Shown: one piece after another, positions 20,810 to 35,061 of the stretch
Position numbering within the stretch: position 1 is the stretch's first letter
Layout of the letters: the number at the start of each line of letters is the position of its first letter
From: Paraspadella gotoi
Taxonomy: Eukaryota; Animalia; Chaetognatha
Assembly (NCBI GenBank): GCA_051294375.1
Contig: CM119264.1
Location: 22,996,320 to 23,060,319, forward strand
Length of the DNA stretch: 64,000 bases
Direction of reading: 5' to 3'
Position numbers and translations under genes: made by a program
The notes under the pieces: model-generated
Database searches by the model: none
Seen by the model: the letters and a program-made list of their open reading frames with translations, nothing else
Told to the model about the DNA's origin: nothing

Positions 20810-23800
20810 AAAGCAACCGCGAACAGGAGCCCAAGCCACACCACCGCGAGGAGAGTGGCCGCCCCCAAAGCACCGACCAGACACCGGACGAAGCGAGAGG
20901 AAAGAGGCGATTCTGAAGGAGAATGACATACTTGCCTGGTCTTGTAGACCGACAGTGCGTCATGAGACGAATCGCATCGGATCTGGCTGTGCGAAGGACT
21001 GCGGACCCGGTCAAAAAGAAATATTTGATCCCAACCAGAGAATTTTCATTTAAATTTTCGTCACGAAAAAAATTTCATTTTTCTTGAGATTCATTTGGAA
21101 ATATAAACTTTCGAACGTTTTGAGATTTGATGAGGATAGTGGTTTTTGTGAGAGTGAGGAAGAGAGAGAGGAAAAGTGAAGAGAGAGACGTGAGAAGAGA
21201 AGAATAAGAGAAAGAGAGAGGAGAGAGTAAGAGCAGAGAGAAGAGAGAGAGGAGAGATGAAGAAAGAGGAAGGAAGGAAGAAAATAGAGAAGTTAGAGAA
21301 GAGAGAGAACAGCAGAAGTAAACGAGAAAGAGACAAAGACGCCTATGGTCTTTCCGTTCCCCTTTGCAGTCAAAGGAGAGAGAAAGATCGACGGTCCGGA
21401 GAGGAAATTGAGTTGAGCTCAAACGAGAAAACCGTACTCTGAATCGCTCGAAACGGGACGGAAGTGAACGTGAAAAGGACTCTGCTGGAATGGGTATTCG
21501 TTGATGAGACTCACGGTCGTCTCACATGTGAACTTGTACTTCTCTCTTTTTTCCTTTACGTGGCGGTCGTTCTTTGCTCTCTCTCTCTCACGTATTTTTC
21601 TACTGTTTATCTTACACCCGATTCCTGAGCTGGCGATTCGGCGTTACCTTTACCCTCGCGCCTATACCAGGTTAATAAGTGTTCCGACCCTCGCACCAGT
21701 TACCGGTTGCGGGCGAATAACAATTCGGACAACTTTGCCACTTTAGCCCCAATGGTTCGGCCCATAGAGCAGCGATCCGAGGCGGATCGCGTATTCGGTG
21801 AATAACGTTTTTACACGGTATACAAATGGAGTATCCGGTTTATTAATGGCCGAGGCTTTGATTATGCCTATATTGTTATTGTTATATTCTTTCTTGTCCC
21901 CATGGACACAAAGGCTAAGTTATATAATTTAAAGTTTTTACTATCAATATTTTACACAAGTATTGTCAAAAATTTATTAGTAATAGGAATTAAAGTGATA
22001 TTTTAAGAGAATTATAGTTGCGAGGATAAAAAAACTGTTTGTTATTATTATCTCGACAAGAAAACAATAAAGTAAAAGTGGACTGCCCCCGAGATGTCGA
22101 ACAATAATTAAAGTGGAAGATATAACCCTCATATATTTCGTCAGAATAAATGGAGTTGGGGATCGAATTAATAATGCACTAAAAAGGCACAAGTTCGAGC
22201 CGAATACTTCTTTCTTATTCGGTGGAATCCGTCTGTAAGAGAGAAGAATGATAAAGCCTCATAAAGTAAATCTTTCTCTTGGGGCGTTTTATCGTTTAAA
22301 AAAATAACTCATCGTTGTCATTCTTTGCTCTCTCTCCTCTCTCTATCTGACTCTCTTCATTTTCTATTTGTTTAATCACGAATTGCATCCAATCATTATT
22401 GATATAAATCGACATTTGTTCAGCATTTATTCTATTCTAATAAAATTTCAGATGTGAATATATTAAACACAATAAATAACCAGAAGACAAAACTAGCTGA
22501 CAATCACGGACAGAATAGATAAAGTGAAATTTAAATATTAATAAAAAGGATAGGATAGATACAAGTCTTGAAAAAGAAAAATACTACAGCGATCAAAAGT
22601 AAGAGCATCCACGACAGAGATGAATTCAACTTGACGGAATTTTCAAAACATAGAAAAGAAAAGAAGAATGAGAGTTCAAAAAATGAATATTTAAAGACAA
22701 AACAAGTTCATTTACGTCCTATTCCGGATCCAGTCGAAGACAGCTAAAGAAATTGATTAAAAAAGATTTAAGTAACTATGATAGAGTCTCGAAGAAAGCA
22801 AGATGCGATTAACAAACTGATGTTATAGGCAAATCGCGAAGCGAGATTTGAGTTTACAGAAAATAAATGCAGTACAAATGAAGTATGAAGGACCGGTCGT
22901 CATTTAGTTATAGAAAGACGAGTTTCAAATCTTGATTTAACCGGCATTATAAGTTATCTACCGTTTGTCAATCTTGAGATAATATGAAATGAAATAATAA
23001 AATTAATGATAGAGCACACGAATAAGAAATTCACAACAAATACGCTCGTCAACGTGCAAATTTAAACATGAAAGTAAAGAAAGAGCTTTTAAAAAATACA
23101 AAAGACCCGCATGTGACCAAAGAAACTCATGGATTAACCGTGAAAAGCATGGATAAATATATAGAAATTTGCAAACAAAGTTAGGAAGTTGACAAAAGAA
23201 AATTTTAAATTGGAAAGATGACCTAAAAAGATTGGCTAGTCAGATTACCCAATAATGGAAGACGCAATATGACGGAGAGGAACACGCAGGAAACTGAAGA
23301 AAGAAAGAAAAAAAAAGAAACAGGAGAGCGAAAAGACCAAAAAAAAAGAGTAAACAAAAGAAGAAAAGAAAATCTATACCTCATAACTAAAAAGAAAGAT
23401 AAAAGAAAGATCTGTACATCACTTAGAGAACCGGTTGCGGAAAACGTTCGCGGGACAAAAGGAAACGGGGTTAGACCACGCCGAAATTAGCAAAAATAAT
23501 CGAATGGACGTTTACGAGATGCCGTAAGATAGAAGAGAGAATGAAGGTTAGAGAGATTAGAGAACAGATTGGAATTAGTCACGCAGTAACAACGATGACC
23601 TACCTCGATATTAGAGAGGAAGAGAGAAAGAGAGAGAGGAGACGAGAAAGAGAGAGAGAAAGACGAAAAGACGAGAGAGTAGTGAGAGCAATGTGAAAGA
23701 AGTTCACACAGATTCTGCTTAGAGGCTCTCGGTCTGAAAAAAGACTGTAAGTTGCCGGCTCCCGAGTAAAAATCTCTTGATGATAGTCAGGCCAGATTGT

Positions 23801-24825
23801 TGAGTAGACCGGCAGTCCGAGCTCCCTTGCCGCCCTCGTTGTTTCTGCTGGACTGCACTGGAGAAGGCAGTGAAAGCTGTCATCGCATCTTCTCCCGATT
23901 CTGATTTCGCTCTCTCTCTCTCTACTGCTATTCTCTTTCATCTCTTCTTCTCTCTCTCTCTCTCTCTTTCTCTTCTCTCTCTCTCTCTTCTCTCTACTCT
24001 TCTTCTCTTCATCTTACTTATCTCTCTCTCATCATCTCTCTGTTTATTAAGCAAAAATAATAACAATTTAAATAAATATGTAATTCAAAACACTCTCATC
24101 GGTAACAGTTACCATGATTTGAGATACATCATTTCGAATCGATCGTCTCCCGTCTAAAATGATGACTTTTGTNNNNNNNNNNNNNNNNNNNNNNNNNTGC
24201 GCTTTTACGTTTTTATCGCGGAAATCATGGACTTTCGTTTCTGAGGCGAAAAGCGCTTTAAGGTAACGGTAAAGGCTAGGATAAAATAAGACGGGAAAGT
24301 TTGAGTAAGGAGCTGGAATTATCGGCCGGTGAAGTGAAATTGAGAGTTCCCATTGGTGTCGAGGGAACGTTTCTATGGGTGCGCTCCTCATGATCATTTG
24401 CAGTAGCAATCTTTGAAACTTAAATATAACACCATTTGAAATTGATTTACAATTTTTTCGTGGTTTTAGTGATTTAAAAATACAAATTATTATTACTATT
24501 AATTTAATCTCGTGAGCGTCAGCGAATCTATAATTTGCACCCGTCACAGTTAAATTGTGCTTTCTTCATCTCCACCTCGTCTTTCCAGTCGAGGAAAAAG
24601 TTGCAGCGCGTAAAAATTTTCCGACGTCGAAAGATAAAAGTTTATCCCTCAGGAGAACCGCAATTCAGCTTTAATTTTGGAGCGGAACAGAAAGAAGGAA
24701 ATAAGAACAACAACAACGACGACAGAAAAACAACCAAGTAGACACTTTCTTTATTGGGAAGAAAATCGAGCGAAACGATTTCAATGTAGAACGAATAATA
24801 GGATCAATAAGTTTTTATGTTTTGT

Positions 24826-24980
24826 TTCTTTATGATAAAAAAAATATACTTTTATTGTAAAAAACAAAATGGAATCCATTTTGTTTGAGTTTCTTTATCA
24901 TGAAAAAAAATACATTGTTATTGTAAAAACAAAATGAGAATCCTTTTGTTTTGAGTCCTTTCTTTATCATGAAGAAAAAC
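24826..24980 (+). repeat. ~65-bp tandem repeat, about 2.5 copies
   Basis: TCTTTATCATGAAAAAAAATAC..TTATTGTAAAAACAAAATG..AATCC.TTT.GTTTGAGT repeated. Confidence 0.75.
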
Positions 24981-27406
24981 AACTTGATATGGGCTTTGTT
25001 TTTCACGTGGATGCGCGACAATGGAGACCGAAAATCTGAGGCGTCTCTCTCGGGGGAAAAAAACGAGATTTTAGAATATCTCATAATTCGAAAATGATTC
25101 TTGTTCCAAAGGAACTGAATCTGTAAAAGAAGGAGAAGGGGAAAGGAGAATGAAGAAGGGAAAGGGGAAGGAGGCAACAAAGGGGAATAAGGGGTGGGAC
25201 ATTGGAGGAGGGACAGGCAGAATGAGCAGAGACATCGAGTAGAGAGAGAGAGAACAATCTAAATGTAATGGAAGGAACAAATAAGTCAGAAACAAATATT
25301 ATTTGTGAAAGGATGATAGATGAATGATGAAAATAAATAGAATAGAAATGAGATAAATAAAAAAATAAGAATAATATAAATAAATAAAATAAATAAATGA
25401 AATAATAATAAATAATAATAATAAATAAAGTATAAATAAATAAATAAATAAATAATAAAAATAGCAACACCAATAATAAACAAAATGAAAATTAAGAAAT
25501 AAATAATCGGAAAAGTGAAAATAGTCACTACCAAACATCTAATTTTGTGAATAGCGTAAGAATGTTGCCTGGTATGGTTAAATAGTGTATAATTATATTT
25601 CTTTCAGTGCTCTCAAAGGTTTTTTTACTTGTCATAATTGTGCTGTTGTCTTAAGTCCATTTAGGTGATACCTTATTGGTCCAGCCAAAAAAAATTACCA
25701 TTTTTTTTCTGACAGATCTTCTTTGGACGTCAGCAACAAACCCTTAAAGGCAAACTAAAAGAAGAAAAAAATAGACAGAGTATGACATGTGGAAGAGAAA
25801 AAAAGTGGAGAGTTTGAAAAACAAAGGACGAGTCAAAAGGTCCGTTATTGGAGTCAAGAGAAAAGAAGAAAAAGAGGAAAATATTGAAATAGGGAAAAGA
25901 CAATATACAATGATATCAGCTTCAAAAAGGACACAAGAAAAAAAACAATGAGAATAAACAAGGATGAAAGAAAAAAAATAAGTAGGGAGGAGGAAAAAAT
26001 GTCAGAGAATTGCCTTCATGATTCGTCTTCTTTATACAGATAATTCCGTCGTCGTCGTTTTCTTCGTCATCGTCTTTATTATAGTTTTTATTCGTAGTTC
26101 TCCGGTTGTTTTTCGTCGTTTTTGTCGTCGTTTTCGTCGTCGTTTTCCCGGTTTATTGAACAGACAAAAGAGACGAAATATCGTTTTATTGCTTTTCATT
26201 TTCGCCCCGCGATTTTTCTTTTTTTTTTTCCCGGATATTTTGTTCATCAGACGAGATGTGACGTCATTTTGTGTCACGTGACGTCGTTTTTTTGTCACAT
26301 TATTGCAAATAACTTCTCTGGAAAGACGACGCTCTATTCCGGCGAAATTAATAAATAGCTAATGGAAAAAAAAAGATAAAAGTAAAAGAATAGGAATGTT
26401 TTTTAAGGTAATATCCTTATTATGAATTCAGTGAATCAAGCGGGTGGGTGTTTGATATACTTTGCTTGAAAATTAATAGTTTTCTAACGAGCTAACCAGC
26501 ATTGTTTAAAAGTTTAAAATACTCCTCATCCATAACCAAATTTTTATGTTACCTTTTAACAGAGATAATGATGACAAAACAAAATATTAGGAGCATGTAC
26601 CAAAACATGTGTATATGAAACGTATCAACGTAAAAAAAATGATTAAATAAGAATATATTGATAACAGAGACACATTTTTTTTTTCGAATCAAGAATGTGG
26701 TTCTTCTCGCCGGTTGAAGCAGAAGTTGGGGAACTCCATATCTCGAATTAGGAGTAAGAAATATGACCCTGGGAAAGGGAGGAGGAGGAGGAGGAGGAGG
26801 AGGAGGCGGAGGAGGAAGAAGAAGAAGAAAAGGAGTGGGAGCCGTGGGGGTTATCGATCTATGGTAAGGCGGTTGGGGTCAGGGGTTGCGGATGATCTAT
26901 TCCTGGAGGGAGAGGGCGTAACCCGAGCGTTTATAGTATTTGTGTCCGCGGCGGAGAGGGAGGCATAGATATTACCTCGATTAAGTTAAGATAAAGTTAA
27001 ATTTTGGCCCAGGATTATTTTATAGAAAAGAAAAGTCGGAGGTGAGTTCCTTCGAGAAATGAATTTCCGGCGATGGAATGATTTGATAAACAAAACAACA
27101 AAATAAAAACACATAGAATACTGAAGTTCGTCTGGCGAACAGTTAATTTGATTTTTGCAAATAAACAAAATTGGTATATATATATATTTAGATGTAAATT
27201 AAATGTTACCTTGAAGCACTAAAAAGTAAAGTTCAGAAATGACAGACAAGTAAATAAAAATAAGACAAATAAGCTTGCTTTCCATTTACTAAACTAGCTT
27301 GGGTTTTCGCCCGGAGGCCAAACGAGTAGTTTTCTCAATTCATCATCGCCCGAATCTTTGAAAAAAGGAAAAAAAGGAAAAAGATTTCACGCTCCTCATC
27401 TGCGGA

Positions 27407-27443
<37 letters not shown>

Positions 27444-27457
27444 CCCCCTTCCTCTCT

Positions 27458-27500
<43 letters not shown>

Positions 27501-27602
27501 TCAAGAATCTGCGCCACTTCCGGTTTTTCCGACCGCGAACACGAGACGTGCGCCGACTCACGAAACGAGTTTATGGATCCGTAATACGCCGACTCTCTCT
27601 CT

Positions 27603-27675
<73 letters not shown>

Positions 27676-27929
27676 TTTCTTCATCTTAACTTCCATCTCG
27701 CTGCCTCCTTTCTTCTCCATTTCAAACGGATTACTGCTTAAGATGCAATGAAACGAATTTATAAAAAGTTGGGGACATTGAGGGAGACATGAGAGAGAGG
27801 GGAGAAGGGAGAGAGGAGAAAGAGAGGGGAGAAAGGGAGTGAAAGAAAGTGAAAGAGAAAAAAGAAAGAGAGAAAAGGGGGGAGAAGAGAGACGAGAGGA
27901 GAGAGAGAGAGAGGGAGAGAAGACGAAGG

Positions 27930-27965
<36 letters not shown>

Positions 27966-28349
27966 AAACAGACAGAGAGAGAGACAGAGACATAGACAGA
28001 GTGAGAGAGAGAAGAAAAGAAAGAGAGAGAGACACAGACAGAGAGAGAGAGTGAAAGAAAGCGATTTCATATCTTTGTCGATCGTGCGGATCACGATGGA
28101 AATAAACCCTTTTTTTTCCTTTTCTATTCTGTTTTCTTTTTTGGTCCAAATTTCTTTCATTCGCCTCCATCATCCTCACCAAACTTCTCCCTTTTCCTCC
28201 CCCGTCTCTTACATAATTCACAAAAATTCCCCGCTTCACTGTATTTTTTAAACTTCTAAATTTTTTGCCCCAAACTTTTTTTTAAATTCGTCCCTTTTCG
28301 GTTGCTTCACTTAACCCCCTCCTTTCGACTAGCAATTTAAATCTTTTTT

Positions 28350-28515
28350 CATTAATTCAATAAATAAGTTATCTTGACTCCTGACTTGGGAAAGGCTTTG
28401 GTGAGTTAAGGTTTCCATCCATCTTACAAGATGATAACACTCTAAGATTTAAATAAAGACTTTTACAGTATAGCTTATTAACTTCAAGAGTAATTTGATT
28501 CCCAAGATATGAAAT
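28350..28515 (+). mobile_element. Diverged third copy of the intronic short repeat
   Basis: AATAAATAAGTTATCTTG..AGGCTTTGGTG.GTTAAGG..TCCATC..TCTTACAAGAT matches 4275-4445. Confidence 0.6.
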
Positions 28516-30139
28516 ATTATAGTATCTTCCTCAAATTTATCTCCACTACGTGCTTTTAAAAAACTCTTGTTTACTATCTGTCTCTTTTTTTTTAATTCAA
28601 ATCTGCAATCAGTTTTATGTTTTTTTCTTTATTCTTATTCTTTCTCCTTTTCTCCCCATTTTTTTCCCTCTCAAAATCTTCGCCCTAAATTCTTTCCTAA
28701 TTCTCTTTTCCTTTTGACAAAATGAATTTACTTTCTAGTTTTTTTTGTTTTTTTGTTTTCAATTTTCAAAAAAGATTTTCTTAATTTCCTATTTCCTTAT
28801 TTAAATTTTCATCCTAGTTCGAAATAATATTTTTTTAATAAATTTATTACCAATTTTTCCATTTTAATTGAATTAATTTCAGGCGGTTATTAACGCCTGG
28901 CTGCTTATACTCCTTTTGTGATGCGTCAGGCGAATCTTTTTCCCGCGGGAAAAACTTCGCTTTCAACTTTGTTACCCACTCGTCGTCTGTCTCGTTGTCG
29001 TCTACAACGTTTTCGTCGTCGTCTTTATCGTTGTTGCCGTCTTCGTCGTCGTCGTTGTCGTCTTCGTCGTCGTCTTCATCGTCTTCATCTTGCCAATGCA
29101 AGAACGGAGCAACCCGGTGATGGTTGCAGAGAAAGCCACGAGTGCTAAGCAAAAAACTTCAATATATACCTGCAGGTCCTGCATCGCAAAATATTTCTAA
29201 AAACATTTGCAAAAGTATTATTTCTATTTATAATTTCGTCGCTAAGCGATCTTTTTAAAAAACGCTCGCTAAAAATACCCGAATTCTTTTTTTTCCAAAT
29301 TCCCTTTTATTACCCTTGTCGCAGTCGTTGTTGTTGTTGTAGTTGTTGTTGGGGTCGTTTTGTCGGCGTCAGAAGCGTTGCCCTCGTTTTCACTTTTGTC
29401 ATTGTCGTCTTTTTCCCCGTCGAAACAGATTTGTTTTCGTTCAATTTTTAAGATTGTAATCGTTCTGAAGTGCATTACCCTTCATTTCTAAAAACCACGT
29501 TGATATCTCGCATTTATTATCACGAGATGCTACTATTGTCACTCTGCTTAATGTCATCAACATCGTTGTTGTCGTCTTCTTCGTCGTTATCGTCGTCGTC
29601 GTCGTCGTTGTCGACATAGTTGTCTTGTTCGTCTTCCTTCTTTCTCATTTTTTTCCACGTCATCAATTCCCAGGGGTCGTTTCCCCTTAAGTCTACCTTC
29701 CCCTCCGCTTACCTTACCTCCATTCACGCTCCCTACCTCACCCCGACCAATCGCCCACGACTCCTCACTCGCCAGAGACACGCCTCGATGGCGCCAAAAC
29801 AGACGGAGGCTCGAACAATGAAAAAAAAAAGAAAATTATTAAAAAAAAAAAAGAAAATTATTAAAAAAAAAGAAAACATCCTTCGACAAAAAAAAAGAAG
29901 AAATTTAAAAAGGGAAAAAATATAAAGGAAAAAAGAGAAAATGGAAAGAAAGAAAAAAAAACAGAGAGAAAGAAAAAATCGGGCAAAAAAAAAAAGATAA
30001 GAAAGAAAGAATGGAAAGAAAAACTGTTTACTGTTTACCATCGGTCGCCATAGTAACGCGATCCGCGTCGCCGCTCATCCCGGATGCAGATCACGTAAAC
30101 AGCGGGCGGTGGGCGCCGGGCGGAGACGGGCAGGGGGCC

Positions 30140-31619
30140 GCGCGGGGCTGAAATGGGGAAGGGCGAGAGGCCAGGGGCCAGGACGAGCCTGACGGGCTGG
30201 GCCGCGAGAGGCCACGTGAAGACGGGCATGGCCGAGGGCAGATCAAGGAACCGCGGAATTGGGAAGACATGGAAAAGGGAAGTAAAAGAGAAAGAGGAAA
30301 CGAAAAGACCAAATTTTGTATGTCAAATTTATCCTTGATTTAACTATCTAAACATATATTTTTCTTTTACGTTGATTTGGCACTTTTATCAATCATAAAA
30401 AGGGACGTTATTAAAATTATTTTTCGTCTATTAGGAAATTATTAGAAAATCGATTTGAGAAGTCAATCTTTTCGTGTCACCGAATCTGATTAATACTTCA
30501 GTGAAGGCAATCCATTGGTGATAAATAGGCAACGGCAACTGCTTGTGATGCCCCAGACGCTGAACATCTTAGCGTCGTGAGCGGGATCAAGACTTTCGGA
30601 CACTCCGCGGTCTCACAGGCTGTTTTTAAGCAAAGCCGCGAGTTGGAACCGAACCCGGTGTTAGCCTACTTGCCTCGTAGGCAGCGAAGGGAGGCTGCGG
30701 CAAATACGTGAGGCGGTCCTCCTTTAACTACCGACACAAACCAGAAATAAAACTGCAGCCGAGAGAGTAAGTGTTAGGATTATAATTATTAAATTTTATA
30801 ATATAATTTTTATTGATATGGTGAAATGAGTACAGAAGATGAATTGGGAAAAAGTAAAAGGAAAAGAAAAAGGAAAAAGAAAAGGAAAAAAAACCGACGA
30901 TGTGATGTTTACGACGGAAAATCCGGGCAAAGTGGGTCAAATGCCTGAGGAAAAGGAGTAGAAAAGGAGGAAGAGGAGAAAAGAGAAGAAGAGAGAAGAT
31001 AAACCTTTTCTTTTTCCTCTTCCTCCTCCTTCCTTCCTCCTTTCTTTTTACTTCTCATCTCTCCTCCTCTTTTCTCATTTTTCCTCTCCCCCTCCCTTCT
31101 CCCTCTGCCCACCCGATTTTCTAAATTATAATCAATAATTACCAATTCTTCAAATGTCTAATGTTGCTTTTCATATGTATTCAACAATCCCTTAAACCTT
31201 TTCACGTCAATCATTAATCGCCAATCACTCAATATGCACTCAATAATCGCCAATCATCAATGGCCTTATTGCTCAATCGAACTTTCTTCCTAAAAAAGCC
31301 TCTAAAAGCTTCGATGTGACTTTTAGCCTCAGACGATTATTCAAGAAACTGGGTCGGATTTTCAAGTTGTTTCTCCACGCGAAGACGATAACGGTGATGA
31401 TGACGATTACGATTACGACGACGACGACGACGACGACGACCTTTACGAAGCTCAAGAAGACGACCAAGTTGACGAATAATTCGACCACGCTGTGACGAAA
31501 ATGATGACGACGACGGTGAAAACGTGGACGACGACGACGACGACAACGACGACGACGACAACGACCTTTACGAAGCTCAAGACAACGAACAGAATGACGA
31601 TTAATTCGACAACGCCGAG

Positions 31620-31651
<32 letters not shown>

Positions 31652-32855
31652 TGCAGACAACGACAGAGAAGACGACGACGACGGCGCCGCTGTTCCTTTT
31701 ATAAAACAAAGGTGATTCGTCTCCATTCGCTCGTGGCCTTTTGGCTGCGAATTACGACCACATCGACGCCACGACGACAAAACGCCTCAGCGAACCGCGC
31801 CACGCCAAGCTCACCTCGCATCTAGCCACGTCAACTAACGCCAAAACGGCGCCACTCGCACGCGTCTTGTCTTATCGGAACTCGCGGGTCACGTGATCCA
31901 AAACCCACGTGACGCGACGTCACGACCCGAAGACCTCGAGACGTTTTTCTCTCACGCGCGAAATTGCACCGAGTGGCAAAGTGAGACGGCAAAGTGAGAC
32001 GGCGGAGAAGAGACGAGAGGCGATGGGAAGAAACTGGCGTCGGAAAGTGGCAACGGGACAAATGGCATCGAGTTATGGCGTCGGAAAGTGGCAACGGGAC
32101 AAATTGCATCGAGTTATGGCGCAGAGATAGACGGATGGACGGATGGACTGACAAACGATGAGTAATGGAGTGATATGGTAGTTGGATATTAAAAGAGGGT
32201 CTTTTAAAGCGTTTAGAAAGTGTTAAAGCTTAAAAATTAAAGCAGACATGACATGACATTACATGACATGACATGACTAAAAAAATGTTTTGCCCATGTA
32301 TTTATTCTGTCTTTTATTCTTGATAGTTTTAGGAATTTCTGAAGGCGGCGCAGGCAGTCCCTTAGTTTTGAGATTTTTTTCTGTCTCAACAAATGAGCAA
32401 CCAACTATCGGCAAATTTTATGCATTTTTAACGTAAGTGGGACAGACATACCGACCGTCCGACGGTCCGACTGACCGACCGAAAAGTGACTTATAGAGTT
32501 GATCCGCGAGTACTCGCGGCGCAACTAAAAAGTGCGAAAGAATTAACTATTATTACAAATGAAATTATAAAGGTCGAAAACGAATGACATCCCACTGGTA
32601 AAATCTTTTAGGCGAAGGAGATTTGAATGAGATTAAGACAGAAAACGAATGGTAAACAGGAAGCAAAAATAACTGAATGAATAAGAAATGAGTAGAGGCA
32701 AGAAAAAAAAATAAAATGAAAATATGAGGAAGATTTGTTATTGATTCACGAGGAAAGCGAAAAAAATAGGTTAATGAATAAAGATTCCTGATTTAGAGTT
32801 TCATGGAAGAATGATTTTTTATTTTTTATTCAAATCAATTGAAGTCTATTAAGGG
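30140..32855 (+). repeat. Segmental block, copy A; direct repeat of 52936-57687
   Basis: Colinear similarity over about 2.7 kb (e.g. GAGGCCAGGGGCCAG, CACCGAATCTGATTAATACTTCAG, GCGAAGGAGATTTGAATGAGA); differences are mostly small indels. Confidence 0.9.
31703..32531. mobile_element. Second HINE/DINE-1-like element (left boundary uncertain)
   Basis: The end GACCGACCGAAAAGTGACTTATAGAGT parallels the first element's GACCGACAAAGTGAATTATTGAGT. It is followed by the hairpin AGTTG..CCGCGAG-TA-CTCGCGG..CAACT and AAAAA. (GGAT/GGAC)n and (ACATG)n tracts lie inside; candidate start AAAACAA at 31703. Confidence 0.55.
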
Positions 32856-32879
32856 GACCCAGTGATAAAAATGATATCA

Positions 32880-33218
32880 TAAGAAGAAGGGAGGGAAGAC
32901 GACGAGGTAAAAGGAGAGGAGGGTGTTGCGAAAGAGAGAATAGAACCGAGGAATAAATGGAGAGGGAGCCCGGGACGTGTGACTGTGTTTAAAAAGAAGA
33001 GAATGAAAGAAGAAACGAGAAAAAAAGTACAAAAAATGATTAAGGAAAGAAGAAGATTATTGAAGGCCGATTATGGTTGTCTCGTCGGTCGTTGTTGTCG
33101 TCGTTGATTGTTCCCTGCGCCGCATCTGCGTCCTTCCACCCGCGACATTCACATAAAATTGAGGCGAAATGAAAAAATTATGCGACTCGAAGGACAATCA
33201 TCTCCTTTCCAGTCAAAA

Positions 33219-33251
<33 letters not shown>

Positions 33252-33265
33252 GTCTTTTCTCTTTA

Positions 33266-33312
<47 letters not shown>

Positions 33313-33391
33313 TTCCTTATTTTTCCTTTTTTGCCAAGGGAAAGGAGAGAGAGAAAGAGAGACGAGAGAGAGAGAGAGAGAGGAGAGAAGG

Positions 33392-33442
<51 letters not shown>

Positions 33443-34813
33443 AACATAACAACAAGCATCGTTTCAGAACGATAACTTTTCCGTACTCGACGACGACGAC
33501 GACGACGACGACACCGACGACGAGGATGCAACTATAACGTAATTGTGGCAGAAAACGAGATAACGAACGACTAACACGGAACCCCGCCGTCATGGAAACG
33601 AGAGACGGAAAGGAATCACGTTTGAGGGTTCTGTTCACACTGTCTCAAGAAAATTCGAAACTTCCTTGCCAACTCAGTCACTTGTCTTTCTTTTCCAGTC
33701 ACTCGGCTCTCTGGAACCGAACATAACTCGTAATCGAAACGCTGTCTTCGGGCCGGGTTGCTACGTAAAGTTGAGGAAAAAGGGCAGGGAGAGATAATGA
33801 AAAGATGGGCGGGAAGGAAAAAGCAAGGGGGAAATAGAGAAGGAAAAAAAGAGAATAAAAAGGGAAAAACAAAAGAAAAAAGAGGAGAAAATATAGAAGA
33901 AATGTTTTAAAATGGGCGCGAAAAATAGGAGAGAAAATGGGAAAAGAGTGAGAATACGAAAATGATACCGAAATAAAGTTCGCTAACGTGAAATTAAATG
34001 TTTAATAAGAGAAAAAAAAGAAAAAAAAAGGAAAAAAGAGGAAAAGAAGAGCAATCACTGGGTTAATCCACCTGTGGGGAAAGCCTTTTCCCACGCAGTC
34101 ACGACGTTTGCTATTGTCGCTTCTTACCGTCCGCAGACGGAGCGCCGCCTCCGCCACCCCGCATCGCAGCCGCAGGCGCCTGAAAAAGGAAATTCTATCT
34201 CCCTTACATAAAGACGAAGAGGAAAAATGTAGGAATTTGAAACTTCAGGAGAACAGTTAAGACTACGCTGTGAACTGAGCTTAATGTTAAACGATGAATT
34301 AAAATTCAGTCATACATTTTAAATGAATGCATAAATGTAGAGAGTTCAGATGAGGACAACTAATTCGGGATCGTTCTCCGTACGACTCCGTGCGCAAATC
34401 TTTTAAAAGAGAAAAACCTTTCTGTACAATAAAATAAAAATCGTTGCGTAAAGCAAGACTTTGTCTTTGAATTTCAATTATCTAAAAACCCACAACGAAA
34501 GAAAGTTTAATCTCAAAGAGAAAAGAAACAAAAGGAAAAAAGAAAAAGAGAGAGAAAAAAAAAGAGAGGAAAGAAATGATATGACAACCGCTAAACGGAC
34601 ACTAGAGAAGAGAACAATGAAAAAAAAGAACAAAGAATAACAACACAAAAAAGAAAGAAGGGTTAAAGAGGCAAGCGTAAAAAAATTCGCAGAAAGGCTC
34701 CTGCTTGTTAACTTCTGTTTCTTTTTCTTTTATGCCCGTCACCCGGCCCGGCAAAGAGAGGCCCATTAACGGAAATGTTTATCTCAGAGAGAGGGAGAGA
34801 GAGAGAGGACGAG

Positions 34814-34852
<39 letters not shown>

Positions 34853-35024
34853 CGAGAGGAGAGAGCAGAACAGAGTAAGAGAGATAGAGAGAGAGATGAG
34901 TGATGATAAGGACACAGGGGCCTTTCACATTACGCTTTGTAGGCGGAACGTGGAAGAAAGAAAGAAAAAAAGAAAGAAATTAAAGAGAAGGATAAAAGGA
35001 AAGAATGAAAAGAAAGAAAAAAAA

Positions 35025-35061
<37 letters not shown>

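Noticed and set aside
27358-28251. SLSL/ERER, poly-T/V/D and FLSF ORFs here and throughout the window
   Set aside because: Translations of (CT)n, (GAC)n and (TTTC)n microsatellites with no domain signal.
30480-30725. GC-rich island resembling a structured RNA (B-box-like GGTTCGGTTCC on the minus strand; HDV, twister or RNase P-like fragments)
   Set aside because: I could not build the required helices or spacing for a tRNA, HDV-like, twister or RNase P fold, and the second copy differs at key positions. An Infernal/Rfam search would be needed.
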